Source of the DNA: Mobula hypostoma
Lineage: Eukaryota
DNA length: 64,000 nucleotides
Direction of reading: 5' to 3'
NCBI RefSeq assembly: GCF_963921235.1
Contig: NC_086108.1
Coordinates: forward strand, 88,476,001 to 88,540,000
Shown: in pieces, positions 48,646 to 61,977 of the stretch
Numbering within the stretch: position 1 is the stretch's first letter
How the letters are laid out: each line of letters begins with the position of its first letter
Program-made: the position numbers and the translations under genes
The notes under the pieces: model-generated
Told to the model about the DNA's origin: nothing
Database searches by the model: none
Seen by the model: only the letters and a program-made list of their open reading frames with translations

Positions 48646-48946
48646 AAGCCTGAAGGAATGTACAACCAGACTCATGGAGAACTTTTATCCCACTTTCATC
48701 AGGCTCTTGATCAGACCTCTCATATACTAAAGATGAGCTCTTGATCTCTCATTCTTTTCCATCATGGCCCTTGCATTGTTTACACACCCTCTCTAGCTTT
48801 AACATTATATTCTACACTGTCTTCTCACTACTTCAATGTACAGTAATGTGTCATTGTCTATCTACATTGCACACAATCGAAAGCTTTTCATTACATTTGC
48901 TACATGTGACAATAATAAGCCAATGTGAATGCATTTTTATTTCGGC

Positions 48947-50353
48947 TGTTATGTACCCCCAGGGTTCATATTTCCTGGGGACTGTCACTTTAAAACGTCG
49001 GGAAAATGAGACACTGTTTGAGCTGCTGCAGAGAGAGAGGGTCAAAGCCTGCCTTCCAGGTGGTGTTTATACAAACTCTAAAGTGTGTTTACACTTATAC
49101 AAGGACGCTGCCTGCTTGTGAGTTCTTACAGAGAGAGCGCGCAACGAGCAGCTCGTGGGTTGCCATGGTGACTGAGGGTGGCGTTAATTGATGGACAGCT
49201 GGTGTTCAGCATGCTGAGATAAATACAAGGTCAGCTGGTTGTTAAACAGAGACACATGGTTTTGGACACTGGATGAGCTTGGTGTGCTCACAGAAGGGTG
49301 GGTTTTGGAAGACTGATCTGGAGAATTGATCAGCGGCTCTCACAGTGTGGAAAAGGTGTGACTGGTGGGAAGTTATCAGTCTTGCCTGGGTTGATAACTT
49401 TACCACAGAAGACGGTCTCCTTTTATGTGGTCACATTCAGTGACTTTAAAGGAAGAGGGGAGAGGAAGGTTTGAGACAGAAGAAACGTAGTGACAAAGAG
49501 GTCACTGTTTGGACTCTCTCTCTAAGTAGCCCATAAGAGTGAGTTTGAGTTCCATTTGAATGCAAAGGTGTGACTGTCACATAGTTAATCCACAGGAGTG
49601 GGTTCTCTGGTGAGGGGAGTACCTTTGTGAATACCACTTGTGTTACCCTTGTTTGGGTGTGGTAGTTCACTGAAGAAAGGCACCCCTGTGGCAAATCACT
49701 GTTGGACTTATTTTGTATGTCGTGGAACTGGATAAGTGGCTATCACGTCATGTGTTTGGGGTAACCGTGTGGAATCTACTGGTGTGTCGACCCTTGCCTG
49801 GGTGATGGTTCCCTTGGAGTGTCCCCTTTGTGATAAGCTACTGTTGGTGATAATCCATACCTGGATTCTGTTGGACTGTCCTGTAGCCACCACTTTGGGA
49901 TAACCTATAGCTGAATTTGGGTGTGGTACCACTTGTGTTGACAGGATGCTCGTGGAAGATCACTGTCGGTGATATTTTGTGTGTGGAGTGGAACAACTTC
50001 AGAGATAAAACCTTCTACTATTGTCATTTTGTATTGCTATCGTGGAATATCGACATAATTGCCTTCTCACAACATTTGCCTTTTCGATTACAAATATCGC
50101 TCATTAATTAACCTGAGCATTGAACTGAACTATCTTACATTCCATCATAAGACTGTATCCCATTACCTAAGGTTGACTTTTATATATTCCCACATTTATA
50201 TATGCATGAACTTTGCTAACCTGTTTGATTTATCTAATTTTATATTACTGTATTGCGTAGTTACTAATAAAATAGCTTTAGTTAACAGCAATACCAGACT
50301 CCAGGCATTTTCCATTTCTGCTGACTCTATAACCCGTTACGAGTTACGTAACA
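48947..50353 (+). mobile_element. Solo LTR (1.4 kb) of a related Gypsy family
   Basis: TGTTA...TAACA termini; AATAAA near the end; 3' end shares ccagactcca...ccatttctgctg...gttacg..tacgtaaca with the 41746 LTR; no clear TSD. Confidence 0.7.
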
Positions 50354-50361
50354 GGACGGAC

Positions 50362-53300
50362 AACATTCATTCAGGTGCCTTGCCGTTCGGCATGGGCGAT
50401 CGTGTCTCTCCATTCATCATGGTCCCTGACCCTCCGAATCGTAGTTGTTGCCTCCCCTGTTTCTAACCATGATGTTATTCCATCTATCATTTTCATTCTC
50501 TGTCAGCCTCTGCTTCTTTTTCCTTCCAGCTTTTCAGTTGTAACTAAATGTTCTAATGTCTCTCTTCGCATGATGCGTCCAAAGAATTTTGATTGATGTT
50601 TTCTAATTTATTTTTTTTATATAAAGGTAATGCAAGTTTTGTTTTCGTTCTCTGTAGAACTTCTTCGTTGGTTATCCTGTCCGTATACGATATGCATAGC
50701 ATTCTTCTGAGGAACCACATCTCTGCTGCATTGATTCTTTTTTCCATTGCATTTGGGATGGTTCATGACTCGCAGCCATACATCAATATAGGAAGAATGT
50801 AGCAGCTGAGAGCTCTAAGGCAGATGTCAATTGCTATTTTCTTGTTCTTTAAGATGTTTCTCATTTCTGTAAATGCTATTCTTGCCAGTGCTATTCTTGC
50901 TTTTATGTCTGTTTCGCATTTGCCATCAGATGTTACCCATGATCCAAGGTACTTGAAGTTGTGAACTTATTTCAGGATTTCATTTCCCAATACGATCCTA
51001 CAGTTTGGGATATCAGGTTTCTTTGATATTACCATTACTTCAGTTTTCTTTTTGTTTAAGGTTAGGTCAAGTCTTTCGCTCTGTGTTGATGGTAGATACT
51101 AGTTTCTGTAAATTTACTTCACTGTTTGCTATCAGCACTATCATCCGCATAGCGGAGGTTGTTGATATTGTATCCTCCTATACTTATTCCAGGTAGGTCT
51201 TGTATGTTTCTCATGTTTTTACTGTACAGGAAGAACAGGTCTGGTGACAGAACACAACCCTGTCTGACTCCTCGCTTTATTGGCTGATATTCACCAATCT
51301 CATTGTCTATCCGTATGGTTGCACTTTGTTGCCAGTAGAGATTGCTGATTATTCTTAGATCTTTTCTGTCGATATTAATATCTTTAAGCATTTTCATGAT
51401 GACTTGGTGTTTCACTGTGTCAAAGACTTTTGTGTAGTCAATGAAACAGAAGTATAGGTCTTGTTGTACTTCTATTGACCTTTCAATAATATTCCTAAGA
51501 ATATAAGTAGCGTTTGATGTTCCCTTGCCTTCGACAAAGCCGCACTGTTCTTCACTGATCTCCGGTTTAATTTTGTTTCTTATTCTGAGCATGATGATTC
51601 CAAGTGGAATTTTTGTGAGGTGGCTCATTAAACTAATTGTTCTGTGTTGTCCACACTCTGTTACACCTGGTTTCCTTGGCAACGCAATGAATACTGTCTT
51701 TAAAAGATCTCCTGGTACTTTGCCACTGTTGTATATTCTATTCAATAAGATTGTTAATTTCTCTACACCAAAATCTTCTAGCGCTTCATACAGTTCAACT
51801 GGAATGTTATCTGGTCCTAATAATTTCCCCTTTCACATTTTCTTCATAGCATGTTCCACTTCTTTCAGTATTACTGAGCCCTCGTTGTTGTTGCCAATAT
51901 CAAAGTTGTCCTCTTGGTCTTTGTTGTCATATAGGTCTTTGATGTATTTATGACCATCTTTGCATTATTTTTCCTTTTTCCATAATTGCAGAGCTGTCTT
52001 TTGCTTTTATACATCCTGTTGTTGCCCCGCTTTCCTTCCGATTTGTGACCTCTTTGATCTCGTGGTGCATACGTTTGCTATTGTTGGTCTTCTGCCATTG
52101 TTCTATTAACTCACATTTATTCTTAAGCCACTTTTCTTTAGCTTCCTTGCACTTGGTTGTTATCTGTGCATGCAAGGATACGTAGGCTTTTTCGTTTTCC
52201 TTATATTTTCTTCTTTGTTCCGTAAGATTCAGAATTTCTTCTGTCATCCATTTCTTTTTAGCTTTTTTCTGTTGTTTGGGAATCACCTCTTGTGCTGTTG
52301 TGTTATGCTGTCTCTGAGATTTTCCCATTGCTGTTCTATAATGTCAAGTAGGGTATCGTGCACAATCCTGATTTGATGGAGGCAGACGTGAGAGCACGGA
52401 GGAACATCTGGTGAAACTTCTGAAATGCCTGTTTCGCTGCCCCTATTATTGTGTGATCCAGAATCTCTGGAGGGGAAGGCCCCGAGTCCTCGGCTTTGCT
52501 TGTTGCCCGGCGGCTGGGGCGGGGTCAAAGCGCTCGGCAGAGATGGTGCTCGGTGTCAAAGGGCTGGTCGGAGGCTCGAAGTTTTCGGACAGACTCAAAG
52601 TGGTCTGTGGTCGGATGCTTCCAGGGTGCTGCATCAGCAAGTTTGCGGCGCTGGAGGTTCATGGCAGGAAGAGTTTCTCCCTTCTACCGTCTACGTGAAA
52701 TGATGGGCTATCGGGACTTCGAGACTTTTTTTTTTAAAACCATGCCCATGGTCTGCTCTTATTAAATTATGGTATTGCTTTGCACTGTGGTAACTATATG
52801 TTATAATTATGTGGTTTTGTCAGTTTTATTCTTGGTGTCCTGTGTTTGTGATATCATACTGGAGGAACATTGTATCATTTCTTAATGCGTGCATTACTAA
52901 ATGACAATAAACGAGGACTAAGTGTCCTCATAATCTAATCTAATAGTGATGTTTTGTAGCGCCTCGAATTTGTTCTTCACTGTTTTTTGGAATTCATTTT
53001 TGATGTCACTGTTTTTTTCTCAAAAGTCCCAAATTCAGCTTTGGCTCCTCTCGGTCTTTTAAGCTCCGAGTCTCAGGCACATCACGCTGATTATTGGTAC
53101 GTGATCACTAAAGCAGTCTGCACGTTTTGCATGATTTCAGAGCATTTCCATACCTTCTCCTTGTAAGCACGTAATCAATCTGGTTTCTGGTGTTGTCCCC
53201 TGGGCTCTTCCATGTCCATAGTTTTCTTGGGTGTTGCTTGAAGACGGTATTACCAATTATATAACCTTTTTCTGCGACTCATGTAGCTAGTCGTTCACCT

Positions 53301-54215
53301 CTGATTTTTCTCACCTATCCCGTAATGCCCAATTTTGTCCTCGTCCCTGGTCTTGCCTACTTTTGCATTGAAGCCATCTGAATAATGGTATTTTCAGCGC
53401 TTTTACATGGTCTTAATGCTGTTTCTAGTTCATCACAAAATTGATCGATGCCTTCTTCCCTGCTGTCTGCTGTTGGGGCATAAACTTGAACGATGTTAAT
53501 GTCAAAAGGTTTTGCATGTAGTTTCACAAGTAACATTCCATCTGATTTGTCCAATAGTCTTTTATTAATTTTGCATGTTCTTCATCTAACATAATTCCAA
53601 TACCTTTTTCATGTATTTCCCCTCCTGAGTAAATGATGGTATATCCCTCTGAGCTTGTTTTACCAGCTCCTTTCCACCTCCTCTCGCACATTTCCAAGAT
53701 GTTGCTTTTTTAATCTTTCCATTTCCTGTCTGATGTTGTCTAGTTTACCAGGTTGGTTAAGGGTTCTTGCATTCCAGGTTGCTAGTCTGATCTTCTTTGC
53801 TTTTAATCTGCCAGCAGTTGCTGGATAACGGTTGAGGTTGACCTGTGGTGCATGAGATCCTCTACCGGATGAGGCTCCTTCGGTGAAGGCTCCATTCACA
53901 TCTTTGAGCTGAGATCGTAGTTGATTTGAGTTCATGATTGTACAAAGGAGGAATACTGAAGTGGTTTCCCATTGCCTTCTTCAGTTGCAGTGTCCATACT
54001 GGACAGGTAACCCTGGCCATTGATCAGCAGATTCATCTGCCCAGCATTTTTAGTTTCACAACCATAAATTCCAATTGTAGAATCTGCTTGTAAAACCATC
54101 CACCACCTGCAAACCATGGCTTCACGTGACCCTGATTGGGAGGCTAAACAGGTTCTACAGCTTGCCCAAGTGTGATCTGTAGGCTACCGGATGAAAGGAG
54201 TGCTTTACACCTCCT
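50362..54215 (-). mobile_element. Near full-length degenerate RTE-clade LINE (5' UTR, EN, RT, TGAA tail)
   Basis: IRLATWNARTL, IVQVYAPTAD, HRTISLMSH, EEQCGF, GVRQGCVLSPDLF, NNLRYADD, AAEMWFLRRML. Confidence 0.9.
52352..52944 (+). mobile_element. Non-autonomous retroposon inserted in the RTE
   Basis: GC-rich 5' part, T-rich 3' part, aataaa and (CTAAT)n tail; interrupts RTE coding sequence. Confidence 0.65.
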
Positions 54216-54616
54216 TTTGCTGAGCAATTGCACAGCACCGACACCGCAGGGTGAACAACAGAGGAACGAAAAAGTGATTTTGCAAATGAGGTGGGTACCA
54301 CTTGCCAATCAAACTGGCCATACCTATTGGCCTTCCTACAAAATATCCTCCCTTTCATTGGTTTTTAAAATTTTCTCCAGTCATAATTATGAGATATTTT
54401 TGGACAGGGTTACATAATGCTGTCTTATTGTTCAGCTTTAATTAACAATGGTCTACCACTTCCTGTTCTACTGCAACCCTGTTTCATCATATGTATTTCC
54501 TGGCAAGTTTCAAGAGTCAGGTCTAAAGGATATTTATGATTTTTACAGGACCCACCAATTTTGCTGGAATTTTTTGCTTCTCTTGGCCTCAAAACAATTT
54601 CTGCACAATGTCACAA

Positions 54617-54785
54617 AACAAGAGAAAAATCCACAGATGCTGGAAATCCAAGCAACACACACAAGATGCTAACGGAACTCAGCAGGCCAGGCACCATCTA
54701 TGAGCCAAAACGTCCACTGTGCTTTTTTCCCCCCCATACTTGCTGCCTGGCCTGCTGAGCTCCTCCAGCATTTTGTGTGTGCTGC
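54617..54785. mobile_element. Small palindromic Penelope-like remnant (hammerhead core largely deleted)
   Basis: acacacaagatgct..ggaactcagcaggccaggca facing tgcctggcctgctgagctcctccagcattttgtgtgt. Confidence 0.65.
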
Positions 54786-54880
54786 TCCGCACAACATGAA
54801 TGATCTTCAATTCTTTTGCAAACCTTCCAGTAATTCCTCAATATTCTATCCTTCATATGGCTTCCAGAGGTTACCCATCT

Positions 54881-55130
54881 GGGGCAGCATGGTAGCATAG
54901 TGGTTAGCACAACACTTAAGAGACCTGGGCTCAAATTCCCACTGCTGCCTGTACATTCTCCCTGTGACTATGTGGGTTTCCTCCAGGTGCTCGCGTTTCC
55001 TCCCACAGCCCAGAGACATACTGATTAGTAGGTTAATTGGTCATTGCAAATTGTCCTGTGATTTGGACAGGATTAAAATCGGGGGTTGCCAGGCGATGCT
55101 TTTCAAATGGCTTTCTCTGCGCTGTATCTC
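54881..55130 (+). mobile_element. V-SINE-like tRNA-derived element
   Basis: ggtagcatagtggttagcac A box; V-domain tgggtttcctccaggtgctc..gtttcctcccaca. Confidence 0.75.
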
Positions 55131-56327
55131 AATATATCCCCCTTATTCACAGACTTAAACCATAGTTCAATGCTCCACACCAAGAGACTTTGATCAATTT
55201 TAGTCCACCAAGGGTTAGTGGTCTATAGATAGTGTATTCCCTTCCACTGCCCCTCCATTTTCTGATCGCAACTTCCAACTTTCCTATGATGAGGGACTAT
55301 AATTACAAGAATGGGTCAGAGGGCTGGGACTGTTTTGTATTAAGATAACTGAGGGAAGAGGGGTCAGGGCAGAACAGATAATGAGAGGCTGTCTCCTTCA
55401 GAGGAACAGAGACCTAGAGATAGCAAGGAACAAAAAATAAAAACTTGAGTATCGTGAGGAAAAGCATTCTAAATGCTGCATGTGGTCTGAATTTGGAACG
55501 CACTGCCTGCCGCTGTGGTAGAGGCAGGTTCTGCTGTGACCTTCAAGTAGATCAGAGAGTGATACAGCACAGAAACAAGCCACTTAACCTACCACTTCCA
55601 AGTCAACCAGTGGTCACCCTTTGGTATTAATCCCATCTTCCAGCAAACAGCCCACAGCTTTCTATATCTAGGCAATTCAGGTGATTGTTTAAACACTTAA
55701 ATACCATCAGCAACTGATTCCTCCACTCTGAGGCAGCCCATTTCAAGTACATAGCACTCTGGGTGGAAAAAGCAATCCCCTCAAATCCCTTGCCCCTTAC
55801 CCCAAGTCTATACAAATTATTTTTCTTTACCTCTGATACGGGGAAGTGTTTCCTTTAGTCTACCCTATCCATATCCCTCATCTTAACATATCTCAATTAA
55901 ATTCCATTTTAACCTTTCAAAGACCTTGCAGCCATTAGTCATTTGCCCCAAGATCTCCTTGGTTTCAGACATTGTTTGAAAATTTACTGCAGGACAGACA
56001 TGAAAAAGACCCATCATCAAAAGTTATATAGAAAGGATTTGGAAAATGGGAATTTTAACCCAGTTGCTACAGACTGCAAGAGAAGTCAGTGCCAATGGGC
56101 CAAAAGAAAAATAAAGGTCTATTAGCATTTGTACTCCACCCAGTTCATTAATCAGGATTTTAGTACTGCATGGTACAAATTTAGTGACAACACAATTCTG
56201 GAATGAATATCAATTCTACAGACTTCTCACCTAAAAACAAAATCACTAAACAATCTCAATGCTCCACTGTACTTTTATAGTAGTGCTTCTCACATAGATC
56301 TTTAACGTAGAATCTGAAAATAGTTAC

Positions 56328-56429
56328 CAGCGACATACGGCTCGGGGGTGTTCTTCCTGTGGAATAGGCTCGTTGAACTTCTATTCGTCCAGTGTTAGTT
56401 ATACTACAAATGTATATATCATCTTCACC
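56328..56429 (-). CDS. FRRS1: FRRS1-like exon (DOMON)
   Basis: GEDDIYICSITNTGRIEVQRAYSTGRTPPSRMSL; ttcctag| ... CTG|gtaact. Confidence 0.92.
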
Positions 56430-56669
56430 CTAGGAAAAATAATGTAATGCACCAGTGACTGAGGAGTCCTCATATTTAAATTAAGATACTGCAACTGACA
56501 ATAAAATTAAGTCAAGCATATCCAATGTAGATTAATCTACAGGAATTTAAACTATTTTAAATCAGCCAAGCAATCCAACATGATGCAAGTGGATTATTGA
56601 AGCTGAAACCAGTGTAAGATTCAATATGGTTAAAGATAAAGTTAAAAGTAAACACTCGTTACCCTTCCA

Positions 56670-57070
56670 GCTCTTGAAGAGGACCACAACCTTGTTGAGG
56701 TTTGGAGGCTTGCATACCTCAATGACCCAGAGGGCTATATTGGCTGGAGTCAGGGCTTTATGCGTTGGCTCTTGGTAGAGTCACCCACGCTAAACGGGTC
56801 AAAGGGTTGAGGACAGAGCAAGAGCGGTCCACTGGTCCTCCAGGTTCAACTCAGGGCTAACAACTGACTAGCAAACCAAAATTGTTACTGAAACAGCAAT
56901 GAAGAATCCTTCTACATCTGAGACCAACAGCATTCTTGTGTCTCTACCCGGGACTTGCACGATTGACAGTAGTGAGAAAGAGCTACTGACAAGCTGAAGG
57001 CAGCCCTGAACACTGTCAGAGATGGAGGACCTTCACTGGTGCCCTAAATGCCAGCAGCATAATGGGTAGT
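56670..57070 (+). mobile_element. Short bipartite RTE-derived element (5' UTR fused to 3' end)
   Basis: 5' part resembles RTE leaders (ggtcctccagg...gggctaacaac); 3' part gatggaggaccttc..tg.tgccctaaatgcca resembles RTE termini. Confidence 0.5.
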
Positions 57071-57406
57071 TGCAACCTCTACACCAGAGGTTATCAGAAG
57101 AAAAATCCAACTTTGATGGACATTACTGGTTCTTCCACTGGTAACTGCAGAAGACAGGCCATTTGACCATTAGCAGAGGGACATGTGCTAATCATGCACC
57201 ACATGCCATTTAAAAAAATTCTAATTTCCTCAACACCTATATCCATATTTTCCCCATTTGGAATGACTAATGAACTAACTATGCAGCAAGTTATATGCAA
57301 TGTAATACCTGGCGATGTACATTGACAAGAATCAGCTCAAATACCATTAGTAATGCTAGACTAATTTCTCAGGTTTCACGGTACATTTTTTTCCAAGACT
57401 CCTTAC

Positions 57407-57592
57407 CATTATTTTGTCATCCGAGAAACCGACTGAGATGTAGCCACTTGCCTTTCCTCTCATTTCAAATCGTAACCCTTGGTTACCCAGTGGAGTGGAT
57501 GACATAAAGTAACAATTTGGATCTGTGGCTGGGTTGCATTGTGAAGGATTACTGAAGCAAAATTTAGTCGTCCCACATCCTTCACTGGAGAT
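57407..57592 (-). CDS. FRRS1: FRRS1-like exon (DOMON start, heme Met)
   Basis: ISSEGCGTTKFCFSNPSQCNPATDPNCYFMSSTPLGNQGLRFEMRGKASGYISVGFSDDKIM; gtttag| ... ATG|gtaagg. Confidence 0.94.
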
Positions 57593-57774
57593 CTAAACCC
57601 AAATGACAAAAATAAAAATGGTTATCACCCAATACTTAACACAGCTTTGTACATCGTTCTGTGCTCTCCAAATTCTGAGTAGTCACTTAAGAAGCATTAG
57701 GGTTTAGATGCTTATTCTGCTTTAAGGTTTCATATTCTTGAGCAGGGTTAACAATTGTTTTGTAGTCTCCTGAA

Positions 57775-58290
57775 GGCCCTAGGGCCAACACATTGATGCA
57801 ATCACAAAGAAGGTACACCAGTGATTCTATGCAATTAGGAGTTTGTGGAGATTTACTATGTCAAAGAATCTGATGTGCAGCGGAGAGCATTCTGAGAGGT
57901 CGCATCATTGCCTAATGTGGAGGCTCCAATGCTCAGAGTCACAAGAGGATGCAGAGCGTTGCAGACTTAGCCAGTTATATCACAGGAACAACCCTCTCCA
58001 CTATCAAGGATACCTTCAGGAGGCAGTATCTCAAGAAGGCTTTATCCATCAATGAGGATCCTCACCAACCGGGACATGCCCTCTTCTCATTCCTGTACTC
58101 CCTGATGGAAGTAGCGTGGACACCACACAATGAATTAGAACCAGCTTCTTCCCCTTGTCGTCAGATTTCTGAATGGTCCATGAACACTACCCCATTCCTT
58201 TTGTCTTGCACTATTTAGTAATTCATGAAATTTTTTATGTCTTTGCACTGTACTGCTGCCACAATAAATTTGTCATATAAAAGACATAAC
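57775..58290 (+). mobile_element. Degenerate Rex1-type 3' fragment
   Basis: KALSINEDPHQPGHALFS motif; tail cactgtactgctgccacaa. Confidence 0.65.
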
Positions 58291-58714
58291 AAACGGAATC
58301 TGTTTTTTCAAAAAAAAACAGAATGTAATGCTGATTTTCCCATCAGCAAGTGAAAGATCAGAAATACCCAGTGGGGTGGGGGAAACACCAAACAAGAGGG
58401 TGGAGAGTGCATCGTTGGCACAAACGTGAAAATAAAAGAAATTCTTCAGATGTTTTCCCCAAGATGAGGCACCGATAGAATAAATGACTACTCTAATAAA
58501 GATCATTTTAAAAAGGTTTTGATTTATAACGATATCATATGAAAGTGATTTGCAAAGGGCACAGAAGCAGATGTCACAGTCACAGAGCCAATGAGCACAG
58601 AACAAATAGTTCTCCTCTTGTTTTTCTGCATTTCTCAGCTATTAAGTCATTTCAATAATATCACTTGGGAAGATTAACCAAAGTTTTGAGTAGCAAAAAA
58701 AGGTCTCAACTTAC

Positions 58715-58871
58715 AGCATCCAGGTTTGAACTAGCAGTCGAGGTTAAGTTGCCCCCTTGATTCTGAGAGCTAGTGGACAGTGGAGGCACAGTGGGGGCAG
58801 AGGAAGACCTTTGAATGATTGAGGATGATACGCCTGTCCAGAAAGTTTGCTTAGATTTCACAAACGTAGCT
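58715..58871 (-). CDS. FRRS1: FRRS1-like exon (reeler end plus S/T/P-rich linker)
   Basis: (R)ATFVKSKQTFWTGVSSSIIQRSSSAPTVPPLSTSSQNQGGNLTSTASSNLDA; catgtag| ... GCT|gtaagt. Confidence 0.92.
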
Positions 58872-59685
58872 CTACATGGAGAAATTAAAAATTGTTAATG
58901 TGATATAACTGCTGCAAAACATTTAAATGTCTTGAGGAAATATCCACCACAAGAATAAATAATCTCCAACTGATCTTATTTGCAATAAAACAATTAAGAA
59001 ATTTGGCTGGGCTTCAGAGAGCCAATGCTTATAAAGGCTGCACTGGTCAATCTGAACACTTGAACTTTACCTTGCTATCCCTCTTATGCAACATATAGTA
59101 ATTTATATGCCTTGCACTGTACTGCAGCCAACACCTGTTAGCAATAGCCAGCACCAGAGGACATCCTCTTAAAATTAGTAGTGGAAAGTTTAGGTGAGAT
59201 GGTAGCAGTAGGTTTTTAAAAAAAAACCGTAAACACTCAGAGTGGAATGTGCCCAAATCGCACTTCTGGGGTTTGTGGTGGAGGCTGATACATTAGGGAC
59301 ATTTAAGATACTTTTACTTAGGAACATGGATGAAAGAAATCAAGGGCTATGGGTTATGTAGGAGGGAAAGGCTAGATGAGCATGGAAAATGTTTATATAG
59401 GTCGACACAACATTGTAGGCTGAAGAGCCAACACTGTGCTGTGCTTTTCTATGTTCTCTGTGCAACCGTGGTATGTAGCCAAATCACAATGCCAAAAAGT
59501 CAGATCTGAACTCTCCCCAAAACTCTAATGATGGTCTATCATTAGGGGGGAAAAAAAAGTCAGTGAAAGATTTGAGGAACAACATGTTGGAAGCTGGGAA
59601 CAGAACCACCTTTCCAAACTTTATTTGGGAAATGGGAAAGAATAAAGCAAACAAAATGAAAAAAAAATTGCAAATATAAAACTAC

Positions 59686-59774
59686 CTGAATACAATGTCG
59701 TTCGAATTTGGTGCAGTCCAGTTGACAATGATCTCTGATTTTTCACTTGATGATACTTGACTAACAGCAGAATC
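59686..59774 (-). CDS. FRRS1: FRRS1-like exon (reeler)
   Basis: DSAVSQVSSSEKSEIIVNWTAPNSNDIVF(R); ttccaaag| ... AG|gtagtt. Confidence 0.92.
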
Positions 59775-60020
59775 CTTTGGAAAGACATTTTTTTTTAGTG
59801 AAACAGTAATGCAAATAAAACATAAACTAAGAATTTTAGTTTCTCACTATGTCTTTTGGGTGACTAAATAATAGAAATCAAGGACTGATTTTGAAAAATA
59901 AATACAAGAATCCATTTCAACAGGTTATCAAATTGAAATTACTGGTGATATGCAAATTGTACCTTTAAAGTAGAATTCTAGGATTTATATTGCAAGCTGC
60001 ATAATTTCTCTCCAACAAAC

Positions 60021-60295
60021 TGTGGTTAAGAAGGCATACAGTATATTGGCCTTCATTAATCGTGGAATTAAATTTAGGAGCCGAGAGGTAATGTTGCAGC
60101 TATATAGGACCCTGGTCAGACCCCACTTGGAGTACTATGCTCAGTTCTGGTCGCCTCTCTACAGGAAGGATGTAGAAGCTATAGAAAGGGTGCAGAGGAG
60201 ATTTACAAGGATGTTGCCTGGATTGGGGAACATGCCTTATGAAAACAGGTTGAGTGAACTCGGCCTTTTCTCCTTGGAGCGACGGAGGATGAGAA
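60021..60295 (+). mobile_element. CR1 RT fragment; further CR1 debris at 55545-55910, 59150-59460, 60340-60875
   Basis: LYRTLVRPHLEYYAQFWSP. Confidence 0.8.
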
Positions 60296-60879
60296 GCTTT
60301 TTCAAGCATAGATCGCCATCCTCAGAACAATTTTCAATAATTTCCCTTCCATTGATATTAGTACAAGTGACTTGTAATTATCTGGTTTATCCCTGCTGCC
60401 CTACTTGAACAAAAAAAGTACAATAGTCACAGGCTTCCAGTCATTTGGAACCTCACTGGTGGCCAATGAAGATGTAAATATCTCCATCAGGACCTCAGCA
60501 ATCTCACACTAAAGCCTGGGATAAATCTCAGCAGATCCAAAGGAGTTGTCCTCCTTAATTCTGCCAAGGCATCTACATCCTCCTTTATAAACTTAATATG
60601 CTCAATTACTACTTTGTTCTTGTCCTCTGGCTCCATACACAGTAGATTGTAGGATACTTTGTCCTATAGCAGAGGTACCTTAAACTAGGTGCCATTGCTC
60701 TGGAGGAAGGGGCAAAAAAATTTAGAGGATGCAAGGAAGAAGTTTCTCAATCAGAAGGTATTTGGACGTGGAACATGCTGCCTGACTGCCAGCTACATTT
60801 AAGTACCTAAGTGAACACTGGAATTGCAAAGGCACAGTCGGCTACAGACCAAGTACCGGTAAATGGGATTAATATAGAG

Positions 60880-60959
60880 CAGGGGTTCCCAATTTTTTTT
60901 ATGCCATGGACCAATACCATTAAGCAAGGGAGTCTGTGGTTCTAGGTAAGAAACCCTTG
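60880..60959. mobile_element. 80-bp hAT-type MITE
   Basis: CAGGGGTTCCCAA...AAACCCTTG termini; imperfect 8-bp TSD ATATAGAG/GTATGGAG; a related end lies at 27500-27534. Confidence 0.55.
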
Positions 60960-61977
60960 GTATGGAGAGATACTTGAAGGATAGTTAGCTCAAGAGCACT
61001 TCTTTGGTATCTGGTACAGTGATGAAGGAATACCAAGGGGCAACAGTAAAACACTGAGGGCAAATTTAAGTCACTGATAATTTTTCCTCCTTACAATTTG
61101 CTTTACCCCCCACCCAGAGGTCGGTACTAAGTGGAAGACTGGAATTCATTGAAGTACTGGCACTACAGTTACTAGACTAGGAGGCTAATAGTGTGATTAG
61201 ATCAGTGAACACAGTCAATAAGCACAGACACAGTGGGAGATAAATAAATTAGATCCAAATTCAACATTCTTCTGTTTATGGCGGAGTAGGAGTCGGAGTC
61301 GGAGTCGGATCTTCTACTATAGCAGTTGATAGTAAAATGTGGTTATGCAGTTGTCATACCAAGCTGCTCATGCATCCAAATTGAATGCAGTTTTATGCTG
61401 CATCAAATTTAAAAATTGGTAAGGATGAACAGGGAGATGCTGAATTTTTTTCCCCCAGCACATTGTAGGAACAAGTCACCCGTCTATGGATGCTGCCTAT
61501 ACTTCTCACTCACTCAGTTAAACATCCAACATAATCAACAACCTCACCCATACTAGTCATTCTCTCTACTCCTAACAGGAGGAAGATTTAAAAAAAACTG
61601 AAAGCACGTACCAACAGGCTCTAGAACAGTTTCTATCCCACTGTAATCGGACTGTTGAACGGACGTCTTATATGACAAGATGGATTCTTGACCTCATAAT
61701 AAAGTGCAAGATCATAATGAACCTTATTGTTTACCTGCATTGAATTTTTTTTCTCTAGCTTTTCCACTTTATTCTGTATTGTTATTGTTTTACCCTATTC
61801 TACCTCAACTGACCCTATTCTACCTCAACTCACTGTATAATGTTTTGATCTGTGTGAACATCATGCAAGACAAGCTTTTCACTGTTATCTTGGGATATGC
61901 AACAATAAACCAATGTCCATTTATTGTTGAAGGGTTCAGTGTATCACTGGCAAAGAATGATAGTTGCAATAACTTAC

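Noticed and set aside
49159..49172. X-box-like GTTGCCATGGTGAC in a solo LTR (also GCCATGGCAAC near 42348)
   Set aside because: Isolated motif inside a repeat, about 47 kb from the CFAP57 promoter, with no supporting context
54881..54945. tRNA gene
   Set aside because: SINE head with no cloverleaf, continuing into the V-domain
61283..61308. (GGAGTC)n short array as a regulatory or CRISPR-like repeat
   Set aside because: Simple hexamer microsatellite with no spacers; vertebrate DNA
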